Translations under genes and position numbers: made by a program | The notes under the pieces: generated by a model | What the model was told of the DNA's origin: nothing | The model's input: only the letters and a program-made list of their open reading frames with translations | Databases searched by the model: none | Virus record (IMG/VR): IMGVR_UViG_3300028275_000006 | Span: 62,001 to 126,000 of that record | DNA length: 64,000 bases | Direction: 5' to 3' (one strand) | In this document: piece by piece, positions 29,201 to 36,206 of the stretch | Layout: the number at the start of each line of letters is the position of its first letter | Position numbering within the stretch: position 1 is the first letter of the stretch

Positions 29201-32200
29201 TAGAACAGATTGTTGATATCGTACTGTTGGATCTTCGTTATTAATAACATTTAATATCAATGTTTCAATGTAGTTAATAGCCGCAAGTGTGTTGGCCAAC
29301 TGCTGGTCAATAACAATCTTAGAACTAGCACTAGCATTGAAGTATGCTAGAGCTGCCTGAACTGTTTTTAAATTACCGCTATAATAAATGTCGTGTGCAA
29401 TAGCATCGCAGATGTATCCAGTGTCACGAGCACAAGTATCTTGGTTGTAACTATATCTTTGTTGTAGATAAACTAATGTGTCAGACTTGATACTTTCTTT
29501 GTTGTTTAACAATAATGTTCTGCTGTCTGTTAACGAACCAGACACACTATAGAAAGTTGGATATTCAATAGTAGGAGCCGCTTCACGTCCGCTTAAAATA
29601 ATAGTATTAATGTAGCCCATTAACACACCTACTCTAGCAGATTCAGTTGCGCTACCTGGATTAACTAAATCAAATACCTGTGTTACAGCACTTTGTTTAG
29701 GGAACGGAACAGGAGTATTAGTAACAACTAACTGTGCAACACCACTGGCATAGGCCAATGCTTCTGTGGTTTGCAATGTTTGTCCAGGAATTTGCAAACT
29801 TCCGTTACCATCGTAATATTGATATCCGGCTTCTACAGTTGCCGAGTTACCTTCATATAGTAAGTCGTAAACAATAGAATTTAAAATGTATGCCGCATCT
29901 CGACGACACTTGTCTTCGTCGTAGACAAAGTCTGGATATTCTTCAGCAATCCAGGCAATAATTTCTTCTTTAATAAATTCAATGTTATCTAAAATAAGAT
30001 TTTTTGCATTTACTCTTGAAGTAGGAGCACCTGACGGATCTGACCATGTAATTGTATCTGATGAAATAATACCGTTAGCAATGATATCTGTTATCTCATC
30101 AAAACTTGCTTCTGCTCTTAGACGTGCAACAGAGTTACCGGCTAATACATCAGAAATTAATGTTCTTGTATAGATTAACGCATCTAAGTATTCATCTTTT
30201 TGGTCTGGAAGAATACTGTATTGTGTGCCGCGATAGTATGATTGTCCAGCACGTACAGCATTAAAGTTTGTACCTAGTGCTAGATCGTAACCTAGTGCAT
30301 CAACAATCAATCCAACGTCACGAGCACATTTGGTTTCGTTGAATGTAAATGGTGGACTTAGTTCTGTATTAATATAACCAATAACTTCTGCTTTGATAAA
30401 GTCGATGTTTCGACGAATTAATTTTCTAGCATTTCCATAGCCGTTGCCGTCATCAGTGTATGCTTCAACTTTAAAAGTTCTTCCGTCAATAACAAATGAG
30501 CAAGGAGTTGTTGGAGCACGTTCACTGCCTGTTACTAGGAATTCTGTGTCGCTGATTTTTTCTTGAATCTTAAGAGGAACGTTACCAGCAAAGCCGTCAA
30601 CATACTGTCCACCAGCAAAACGTTGTTTGTTTAGTGATCCTGCAAAAGAACCGGACTGTTGAATATATGCAGACTTGGTTAAAATTTGACCTTCTGGGTC
30701 AAGTACCATCATAAAGCCGCCGTGGCCTTGACAGGTAATCTGACGAATAATAACAGCATCGTTACATAAGAATACGTCAAGGTCTCTGTTGTTCTTTGGT
30801 TCACTTAAAATATCAGACGGGTCTGTTAGATAGTGATAACCGTATTCTGTGCTGGTTAAAGTTAATCCGTCAAATGTTTTATCTCTACGGAACCAAACGT
30901 CAACCCATGGACTGCGACTTGGGCGGTCCGCTGGACGAACAATACATCTACGCAATTCGTCACCAACGATAGCAACGTTTGGCGGGACACGAATTGGATA
31001 GTCTTCAAAATAGATACCAGATTCAACAACAATACTAATTTGGATATTTTTAACTGCTTGGTCAAACTCTAGGTTTTCGCCAGGCACAAAATCACCAATA
31101 ACATCCTGCAAGTCAAAATAGTCTTCGCCGATACTTGAACTACCATCGGAGCCATAGTATTGATAAATGAAACCCTGTGCGCCGCTGGTACGTCCAACAA
31201 CAATCTTACCGGAGACAATATCTGGTTTTGGTAATTGACCTTGGTCAACACGAGAACCACCGTTGTTAGTAAAGTAAACACGAGTAGTACCAGATGCACC
31301 AGATTCAATTCTTGTAACTTCAGAGAACGCTTCACCGCCACCGTAGGCAATTAACTGACGATAAGGACCAGTTTCCCATGGTGCATCATTTACTAATTGT
31401 TCTGCTTTTTGACAGGCTTTGTTAATACTTGCATAAGCATAAGAACGATCGCGTCCTTCTTTTCCACGCGGTGTACGTGCCTGTGTGTCGTCACCGCCTG
31501 TGGTAACGTACAAGTTAAATCTGCTTGAATAACTTGAATTATCTACATAATATTTTGTAGCGGCTTGTAAGTCATCTTCTCCGTTAGGCGTACCAGCACC
31601 TGCAAGTCCGCCTGGATGATCTGCTAAGTTTAGCACACCAGTCATATCGCCGCCAGTTTTTAATACAACTTCTGCGGCACGTGGTGCTTGGTTACCTGTG
31701 GCGTTTGCTGGCACATTTAAGTGACCAGTCATTGTGTCGCCTGTAATGTTTACATATTTGGAGTCGGCATAACCTTTGTTAATAGCAAAGGAATCTATGC
31801 TATAAAGAGTTTCGTGCTGTGTGTTGAAACTATTAACAGCAGTTTGGAAATCTGTTTGATTAATAGGACTGCGTAAGCCGCCGATTAATTGATTACGTGC
31901 ATCCAGCGCATATTGTAATTTTGGTAATGGGTCGTCCTGTAATTTAGAACTTAATGTATCAATTTTAACGGAACCGTAACTGGTAATAGTACCAGTTGCC
32001 GCACTAGTTGATAAGTTTGTTCCTGCGTTTGTATATACTAGAACATTGTCTACTGTGCCAGTTAACAATAGGGCAGAAGTAGTGTTAAATGAAGTATTGT
32101 CTGTGGACGCGATTGTAACTCGTTGTCCAGGATCTAAATTGTGGTTTGCTGAAAGTGTAATAGTGGCAACGTTGCTACTTCTTGATACACTAACAATATC

Positions 32201-32485
32201 AAAGGTTTCTTGCTCGGAATAATCAAACTGGATAGTACCGTTAGGACTGAAAAAGTCTTTGAATACTAAACTAGTACCAATAGAATTAACTACTGGAATC
32301 TTATTACCTTGTCCTACTAATGTATCAGGAGTATCGCTAAGGTCAGTGAACTTTAAAAATCCGCCTTGACCGAAAACAGCATATAACTCTTGGAAGTTTT
32401 CATTCGTTTTTCTAAACGCTTCACGGATACTATCACCAGTTCCGTCATTACCTGATACGCCGATGTCGACTATTTTACGTGCCAT
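23207..32485 (-). CDS. giant (~3,090 aa) tail/baseplate structural protein with six ~150-aa repeats and a C-terminal chaperone-like domain
   Basis: gp9/gp10-like N-terminus GNDGTGDSIREAFRKTNENF; AATKYYVD fibre motif; C-terminal ATSARYADLAEKY; GGAG RBS before ATG 32485. Confidence 0.8.
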   Translation of the reverse strand: MARKIVDIGVSGNDGTGDSIREAFRKTNENFQELYAVFGQGGFLKFTDLSDTPDTLVGQGNKIPVVNSIGTSLVFKDFFSPNGTIQFDYSEQETFDIVSVSRSSNVATITLSANHNLDPGQRVTIASTDNTSFNTTSALLLTGTVDNVLVYTNAGTNLSTSAATGTITSYGSVKIDTLSSKLQDDPLPKLQYALDARNQLIGGLRSPINQTDFQTAVNSFNTQHETLYSIDSFAINKGYADSKYVNITGDTMTGHLNVPANATGNQAPRAAEVVLKTGGDMTGVLNLADHPGGLAGAGTPNGEDDLQAATKYYVDNSSYSSRFNLYVTTGGDDTQARTPRGKEGRDRSYAYASINKACQKAEQLVNDAPWETGPYRQLIAYGGGEAFSEVTRIESGASGTTRVYFTNNGGSRVDQGQLPKPDIVSGKIVVGRTSGAQGFIYQYYGSDGSSSIGEDYFDLQDVIGDFVPGENLEFDQAVKNIQISIVVESGIYFEDYPIRVPPNVAIVGDELRRCIVRPADRPSRSPWVDVWFRRDKTFDGLTLTSTEYGYHYLTDPSDILSEPKNNRDLDVFLCNDAVIIRQITCQGHGGFMMVLDPEGQILTKSAYIQQSGSFAGSLNKQRFAGGQYVDGFAGNVPLKIQEKISDTEFLVTGSERAPTTPCSFVIDGRTFKVEAYTDDGNGYGNARKLIRRNIDFIKAEVIGYINTELSPPFTFNETKCARDVGLIVDALGYDLALGTNFNAVRAGQSYYRGTQYSILPDQKDEYLDALIYTRTLISDVLAGNSVARLRAEASFDEITDIIANGIISSDTITWSDPSGAPTSRVNAKNLILDNIEFIKEEIIAWIAEEYPDFVYDEDKCRRDAAYILNSIVYDLLYEGNSATVEAGYQYYDGNGSLQIPGQTLQTTEALAYASGVAQLVVTNTPVPFPKQSAVTQVFDLVNPGSATESARVGVLMGYINTIILSGREAAPTIEYPTFYSVSGSLTDSRTLLLNNKESIKSDTLVYLQQRYSYNQDTCARDTGYICDAIAHDIYYSGNLKTVQAALAYFNASASSKIVIDQQLANTLAAINYIETLILNVINNEDPTVRYQQSVLQYIDTDITDGGLAEATIQDLFDEFIGILENPPSARGARALLVDNKDFIKAEVINYINNKYVGFTYDSATCQRDVGYVIDAIGYDLMFGGNFQTITAARSYYRASAAVAVGVQKAATIDAFTFLRDEILSVVSASATAVTSVTTNMNMFLDVITNGLTQEPAIVTPDPTGYDVNYNRARTLIESNREFIKAEVIQYISNNYVGLSYDPAVCLRDTEYILDALYHDLTYGGNIQTLIAGKAYYSYTTLQVAAPEKPATLAAYGYLQSLVEDIALDLPITALQGGVAQVRGTPGNSSASATAGQRIGEILTIIDLGLGSVPSTITPSTAWVSAGLTGANSALQSAKSTLQTAVTNYIDANYTNTLVYNEEICSRDVGFIVAAVSADLLYGGTYLTIRAAQRYYVGTASSRVVLENQLSQTLDSFAYAKEVAQAVLNQVPPTLNYQVINDVAVENRVSQVFSSDYDGSAFVTRAGQLFDLLNEVITDPEVDVSTVLTGAKPIVYPTYRLVLSTTTPVTNDLEYTISTFTSKADSGVGDGSYDVVFSIVTPVGTTAPRTKTRYRVFGNSNSNYNNDAVECVASTLTSMTLRYPSDPGAFGTGTTTIEYVKDFMLLSAGNTSMCSNDFTQINDLGYGLVATNIGLIETVSVFSYYCWTAYYANNGGQIRSLNGSNAHGEYGIISEGSDPLEVPDKCNLSDNMMQVARVYKQGIYSTDNDVGDLQVFFYQHDYSPYNVSEVEINHGAGVVTELDATSLIGGSGYTNGTYINVPLTGGTGSGITANIVVSGGVVTTVGLVAAGIRYSEGDILSCSNTNVGGTGSGFFITVKTIIGNGIARYEVAGVTDVSSTLAQSVSGTPLKTGPTGGKYYVTYSFTAEPYTPRIGVPYTVSGSTTSGFNGVYTATASTTSSVTLEYSTNPGTWAGGLASLWGLGNVLRLNINTGGNNDTATNGLAVALSHDQPIIIRSNQNFKFYEVDDTNPVRPSTALTFVGDPDAGAIVYRVLAYGNKGPLNEDLAVDESILGFDTTYDYVKLLVNAENVSNADPDNVGQTMGSTAGDTKIAIDRVNETDIESRLNTGDMITAWDGKIHKILSYTDMGLLAGYAYVEIEDVADKCLAGTSASGINTPVDPDFNLDISEPPTLRAGLSSTEPAEVIVRISTCRVTGHDFLDIGTGGYNDTNFPSKIYGAPKEPNQAREVTERTRGRCFYVTTDQDGIFRVGRFFTVDQGTGRVTFAASIALSNLDGLGFKRGVTVSEFSNDDRFTDGANDALPTEAATQGYIDRRLGMDRTNNVLDPTALIGPGYMDRAGLLTFTGPDPMDMGGFVIANLGSPTADTDAANKLYVRNQELSDDRVDTSTSPARSLNDLLVYNGVKWINAETVSTGDIQTSLTPGTKNLALNIKSNVIINADVNSSAAIAQSKLDMNKATTRANATSIAQADLGLASFKSTEFTATNGWIELQTSSSTTTGVLQTKLQYIANDTYLGNNTGSATYPRQVTSGQIVTNGDGIKNASFAPGSVGSNGRAMILTAIGPNAYSTTNISTSAQASSLIQSDGSGRVAVAQLDLTSSSYKTLSVSGTTLTMTTPGAVDFLTAVGTTSAGTTITTVGTLSANAITSASTTTFSPANANVTLSPSGTGTVTIAPASVGSINNVNIGATTRGNGYFKLLSANDTVTLTANQAVTGAANGTGTLQVTGGAGISGDLRVGGTIYGAVTGTLAGTLGLSTYLSFTAGSSYDGSTTRTIQTNATSAATGSTLVARDVNGDFNGRYINSSYFNSSDDVSGGTITYIMAKFGDNYYRSATAAKVASFISGQSMNIAGNASTVTINYNNDSNSTYQMLWGSGNSVYGTGGIYCNPFTDTLYATLFNGTATSARYADLAEKYLSDAEYETGTVVVFGGDEEITVTDKHNDTRVAGVISEKPAHLMNSDLAGKHPLAVGLTGRLPCKVLGKVKKGDILVTAAKKGYAIVNNTPSVGTIIGKSLENKDDLGEGLVEIVVGRF
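27750..30450 (-). repeat. six tandem 140-159-aa repeats, consensus N(x)2-FIKAEVIxYI...C-x-R-D-x-G-Y-I-x-D-A-I-x-Y-D-L-x-Y-G-G-N
   Basis: Cys codons at 30326, 29906, 29432, 28991, 28571, 28094 (spacing 140/158/147/140/159 aa). Confidence 0.85.
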
Positions 32486-32515
32486 TGAATACTCCAAAAA
32501 AGACTTTGTATCCAA

Positions 32516-32521
32516 TATTTA
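32516..32521 (-). promoter_or_regulatory. T4-late-like promoter for the giant tail gene
   Basis: gcTAAATAt. Confidence 0.55.
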
Positions 32522-32545
32522 GCAGATAATTTTATAACCTTAATG

Positions 32546-32551
32546 TAAATA
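32546..32551 (+). promoter_or_regulatory. T4-late-like promoter (divergent)
   Basis: gTAAATAa, 5 nt before ATG 32556. Confidence 0.45.
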
Positions 32552-32555
32552 ACTG

Positions 32556-32843
32556 ATGTTCATACGTATAGATACAGAAAAAAGTCAGCATACACGAACT
32601 AGTAAACTTGGTCGTGAGCATACTTATGAACGTAAAAAAACTATTGTAGTCCTGCGCTGTGATAACTGCGGTGAAACATTTACTAGGACTAAAGGATCAA
32701 TGGATCCTAATAGGTTAAACAATAATTTCTTTCACTGTTGCCCTAGTTGCGATCCTAAGAGATTTGCACAGAAAAAAGGTGCAGAACGCAAAATCATATG
32801 GGATAAGACTGTTTCGAGCCTGGATGATATTAGTAAACTATAA
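32556..32843 (+). CDS. small zinc-binding protein
   Basis: CDNC and CCPSC motifs. Confidence 0.65.
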   Translation: MFIRIDTEKSQHTRTSKLGREHTYERKKTIVVLRCDNCGETFTRTKGSMDPNRLNNNFFHCCPSCDPKRFAQKKGAERKIIWDKTVSSLDDISKL

Positions 32844-32846
32844 ATA
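32839..32846 (+). promoter_or_regulatory. T4 late promoter, exact consensus TATAAATA
   Basis: Exact octamer upstream of GGAGG RBS and ATG 32869. Confidence 0.65.
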
Positions 32847-32868
32847 TTTGCTCATGGAGGACACTAGA

Positions 32869-33087
32869 ATGTTGTCATTATTAAAAAAACTATTTGGCGG
32901 TAAGTCTCAAGAAACCGTAGCAGAAGCACCATACAAGGTTGAAGCACCTAAAGTGGAAGAAACTAAAGTAGAAGCACCTGCTCCAGTTGCTGAGGCACCT
33001 AAAGCAGAAGCACCTAAGAAAAAGGCCGCTGGCCGTAAACCAGCAGCCGCAAAAAAGGCTCCTGCTAAGAAAGCCCCTAAGAAGTAA
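32869..33087 (+). CDS. small Ala/Lys/Pro-rich protein
   Basis: MLSLLKKLFGG amphipathic start, EAPK repeats, histone-H1-like KKAPAKK tail. Confidence 0.7.
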   Translation: MLSLLKKLFGGKSQETVAEAPYKVEAPKVEETKVEAPAPVAEAPKAEAPKKKAAGRKPAAAKKAPAKKAPKK

Positions 33088-34096
33088 TCGCTTGTTTGTG
33101 TAGTGCAAACGAGGCTAGATTTTTAGCCTTGCTTTCGCACATAATATCAAACTGATCCCAAAAACTCAGTGCCCATTCGTTCACTGCTGTGTTCCAGTAG
33201 AAGTTCGAATGTGCTCTGAGTTTTGCTTTTTTGTGTCCACTTTCCATTAGTGAAAGTAGGGAGGGAGCGGAGTCTGTGGCATGGCCATTAAGATGCTCTT
33301 CCCGTGAAACACTATAATGTATGACAGGGCGCACACCACGCCAACTATCGATAATCCTTTTAACACGGTCGTCAGTTGCTTCAATATATTCTCCAGTATT
33401 AATCCAATGATGGTGTATGTCTAGCACCAAAGCGAGATCTTTGGCAAGTTCGAGGCTTGAGTCGATTCCCCAGGTGATTTCGTCATTTTCGATGGTGATG
33501 CAGTTTCTTGCTTCGGGGGAAAGTCTCGGGAGGGCACTTTTAATACCGGCTGGACCGGCTCTACCGGCGATGTGGACGTTGATCTTAAAGTCCTGAAATC
33601 TTTTACCATACCCCATCCATCTCGCCATATCCGCATGATACTCAAACTCCTCTATAGAACGCTGAACAATATCAGGATTGTCGCTTGCCAACACAGTAAA
33701 TTGACCAGGATGAAAACTGAGACGAACGTTGCGGGAACGAGCAATATCTCCCACTTCTGCAAAATGTTTTTGGGCGTATGTCTGCACATCATTTTCACGC
33801 CAAAACCAGCACCAAGTAGGCTCAGTGTAGACAGGAAGAATATCACTGCTAAGGCGTACCATACGTAAGTCATCATCTAATTGCCCTACCCTTTCTACTA
33901 ATAATTTAGTTGAGTTGATATTTTGTTCAAGCAAAGACCACAATTTTTCAACAGCCACATCTTTGGTTTGACGGTTAAGCCAAGCCACAGTTGTTGCTCC
34001 TGTATTGTATTTCTTACATTCATCTTTGGGTTTAATACCGTCTACTTGATCTGGACGGTCGATCCATTTACAGGCAAAGCCAATACGTTTGTTCAC
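33077..34096 (-). CDS. uvsE: UV damage endonuclease UvsE/UVDE (GTG start proposed)
   Basis: RIGFAC, RLSSDILP, RLSFHPGQF, IENDE, LDIHHHW, HYS, AHS, MCESKAK. Confidence 0.9.
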   Translation of the reverse strand: MNKRIGFACKWIDRPDQVDGIKPKDECKKYNTGATTVAWLNRQTKDVAVEKLWSLLEQNINSTKLLVERVGQLDDDLRMVRLSSDILPVYTEPTWCWFWRENDVQTYAQKHFAEVGDIARSRNVRLSFHPGQFTVLASDNPDIVQRSIEEFEYHADMARWMGYGKRFQDFKINVHIAGRAGPAGIKSALPRLSPEARNCITIENDEITWGIDSSLELAKDLALVLDIHHHWINTGEYIEATDDRVKRIIDSWRGVRPVIHYSVSREEHLNGHATDSAPSLLSLMESGHKKAKLRAHSNFYWNTAVNEWALSFWDQFDIMCESKAKNLASFALHKQAITS

Positions 34097-34124
34097 AAAA
34101 CTCTCGATAAAGTTACGATAATAT

Positions 34125-34153
34125 ATTATAGCATCGTTACTGCCAGTTGTCAA
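34125..34153 (-). promoter_or_regulatory. sigma70-type promoter for uvsE
   Basis: TTGACA-17-TATAAT. Confidence 0.8.
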
Positions 34154-34832
34154 CAATGATTTGGTCCTGGACATCTTCGGGATTTGGTGTTCCGTGGAAC
34201 GCAATTACGCTACAATCCGGGTTCATAGACGGGCTACGCACCGTCTTAAACACGTTTTTACCCTGAACCCTAATCAACTCTTCCCGCTGTCTTATTTCCC
34301 ACTTGTAGCTCTGTATCCAAGTTTCAGGGAAAAATTTTATAATACTTTTGTGTGACTGCCAAATCCAATCTTGATCACCTGGGAACTTTTTGGTTAACGC
34401 TGGATTGTTTTCCAAATCGTCCCAAATATTGCTGAAATGGTTACTGGGCCAACGCAGTACAGCACTACCTAATTTTGGTGGCACACGTCTAAACACTCTG
34501 CCTACATCTTCCAAACCAACAAAATTTCCAGGCAGGTACGAAACCAATTTGTCTATATTACCTACAATAACCATATCCAAATCAAAGAACAAATTTACAT
34601 CACCGTCTGGAAAATGTCCTTGTTTAAAGATATATGGTTTCCACCACCAACCAGAAAACAGTCCTTTGGGCAAGGGTTTAATTTTAATTGCAGGATTTAA
34701 GTTTGTAGGATCTTCAGTAAAGCAATAAAAATCAAAAGGCACAGTTAAGTGCCTTGAGACCATATTGTAAAGTTTGTTTACATATTCCGGACCGTACTTT
34801 GTACCGTGTTTTAAACTAATGACGTTTAGCAT
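34137..34832 (-). CDS. GT-A fold glycosyltransferase-like protein
   Basis: KHGTKYGPEYV, CFTED, WWWKPYIF, FFDLD (DxD), GDQDWI, FHGTPNP. Confidence 0.7.
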   Translation of the reverse strand: MLNVISLKHGTKYGPEYVNKLYNMVSRHLTVPFDFYCFTEDPTNLNPAIKIKPLPKGLFSGWWWKPYIFKQGHFPDGDVNLFFDLDMVIVGNIDKLVSYLPGNFVGLEDVGRVFRRVPPKLGSAVLRWPSNHFSNIWDDLENNPALTKKFPGDQDWIWQSHKSIIKFFPETWIQSYKWEIRQREELIRVQGKNVFKTVRSPSMNPDCSVIAFHGTPNPEDVQDQIIVDNWQ

Positions 34833-34993
34833 TACCAGTGCCTTATTACACCCGCTACAATGAATATGTTAGTTATTATATAAGTCAATACAATAACAGT
34901 TCGAATCAATGCAATCCTGTCCGCTTCTTGTTTGGTAACACCGGCTTTCTCTCCTAGTGCCTTGGCCCATAGTCTCCAAAACTTACGTACCAT
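34832..34993 (-). CDS. small membrane protein (53 aa) of the WRLWAKALG type
   Basis: Hand translation MVRKFWRLWAKALGEKAGVTKQEADRIALIRTVIVLTYIITNIFIVAGVIRHW; fills the gap between queD and the GT gene. Confidence 0.75.
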   Translation of the reverse strand: MVRKFWRLWAKALGEKAGVTKQEADRIALIRTVIVLTYIITNIFIVAGVIRHW

Positions 34994-35540
34994 CTTTATA
35001 AAAAACACTACGACTCTTAGGAGTTTCCCACCATTCGATGCTGTGAACTTTGACGCCTAATTTTTTCATTTTGACATCAACTAATTCTGCCATCCAACTA
35101 CTTAGGTGTTCCGATGTTGGAACAAAGTCTACTACCATAAATCCTTCGTAGTATTCTTGTTCAGGACCAGACATATTAGCATAATAGATTGGATGAATAT
35201 GCCAACCTGCAACGTATTCGGTTTCTGGAACATACACTGGAATTAGCTCGACTTTTTCTCCCAGCATCTTAGTAAACAGCGGATCGTTTTTATCAATAAT
35301 AAATTGATGATCAATATAAGTGTTGATCCATTTCTTTAGCCATTCTAAATGTCTAAAGTCAGTGACCATTCCAGTTTTATCTAATCCGTCGCCTGTTAAA
35401 TGAACCTGCATTTTACCTTCGTGTCCATGTAAATGTCTGCAAGCACATTTCAAGTCTGCCGCATATTCGCCGTTTAGTGTTTGTGTATGAACACGATGTC
35501 CATAACAAAATTCAAATGTTTTATCAATGATCCAAGTCAT
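34983..35540 (-). CDS. queD: 6-carboxy-5,6,7,8-tetrahydropterin synthase QueD (PTPS family)
   Basis: FCYGHRV, CRHLHGH, GMVTDF, IDHQF, PTSEHL, WETPKS. Confidence 0.88.
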   Translation of the reverse strand: MTWIIDKTFEFCYGHRVHTQTLNGEYAADLKCACRHLHGHEGKMQVHLTGDGLDKTGMVTDFRHLEWLKKWINTYIDHQFIIDKNDPLFTKMLGEKVELIPVYVPETEYVAGWHIHPIYYANMSGPEQEYYEGFMVVDFVPTSEHLSSWMAELVDVKMKKLGVKVHSIEWWETPKSRSVFYKDGT

Positions 35541-35613
35541 CTCTTGCCCTTTTTAAGTTAAGTTTGATGACACGCAGAGTATTTAAAGAGGGGTGAGCGT
35601 CTAGTCCTCTATT
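35541..35613 (-). ncRNA. candidate preQ1-I-like riboswitch/pseudoknot leader of queD
   Basis: Leader AAU-AGAGG-ACUAGACGCUCACC-CCUCU-UUAAAUACUCU-GCGU-GUC...: P1 AGAGG/CCUCU, loop ACGC pairs with downstream GCGU; begins at the predicted +1 of a sigma70 promoter. Confidence 0.5.
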
Positions 35614-35618
35614 GATAC

Positions 35619-35647
35619 AGTATATAGGTATTACATTATACTGTCAA
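35619..35647 (-). promoter_or_regulatory. sigma70-type promoter for queD
   Basis: TTGACA-17-TATACT. Confidence 0.8.
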
Positions 35648-36206
35648 TAGTTTTGAATTTAACATTTGCCAAAAGCCAACTACTGGGCATCTGCCATTCT
35701 GTATTGTTAAAAACTACAAAGTACTTATCGGGGAAACATTCAAACACGCGAGCAATCTGGTATATCCAATACCTTGGATCCACTGCGGGTTTAGTAGCAT
35801 CTGCATAGTTAGCAGTATCTTTGTAAATGTTATTGACAAACTGTGTTGGGCTGTGTAGATCAAAACCAAATAAGTTTACATGGTCGTCTAGCATAGCGGC
35901 TAACAAAACAGCATACGGACCACTGCCCCATTGAAAAGGCTCGTCAGGTCTAGTAGTGCCCTGGTAAGGCAAGTCTGGTAATATTTTTACAGGATTGTTT
36001 TTGTAGAAGTGTGCCCAATCTTTTCTAGTATAGATTGTGCCAGCAAAGTGGCTATCCAGTGCTTCTTGTACCATACGTCTGTCTACACAGACTAAATGGT
36101 CGACTGAGTAGTCTCTATGTATGGCGTTACAGCCAACTTTAGTTTCTGTAAGTGAATTTAAATCTAAATGTTTTCTGGATTCGCCGTTGCCAAATACAGA
36201 TATCAT
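35631..36206 (-). CDS. GNGxS-motif Rossmann-like protein (sialyltransferase/Maf/MptE-like)
   Basis: MISVFGNGESR, VGCNAIHRD, LVCVD, SGPYA, LFGFD; ATGA overlap at 36203-36206. Confidence 0.55.
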   Translation of the reverse strand: MISVFGNGESRKHLDLNSLTETKVGCNAIHRDYSVDHLVCVDRRMVQEALDSHFAGTIYTRKDWAHFYKNNPVKILPDLPYQGTTRPDEPFQWGSGPYAVLLAAMLDDHVNLFGFDLHSPTQFVNNIYKDTANYADATKPAVDPRYWIYQIARVFECFPDKYFVVFNNTEWQMPSSWLLANVKFKTIDSIM

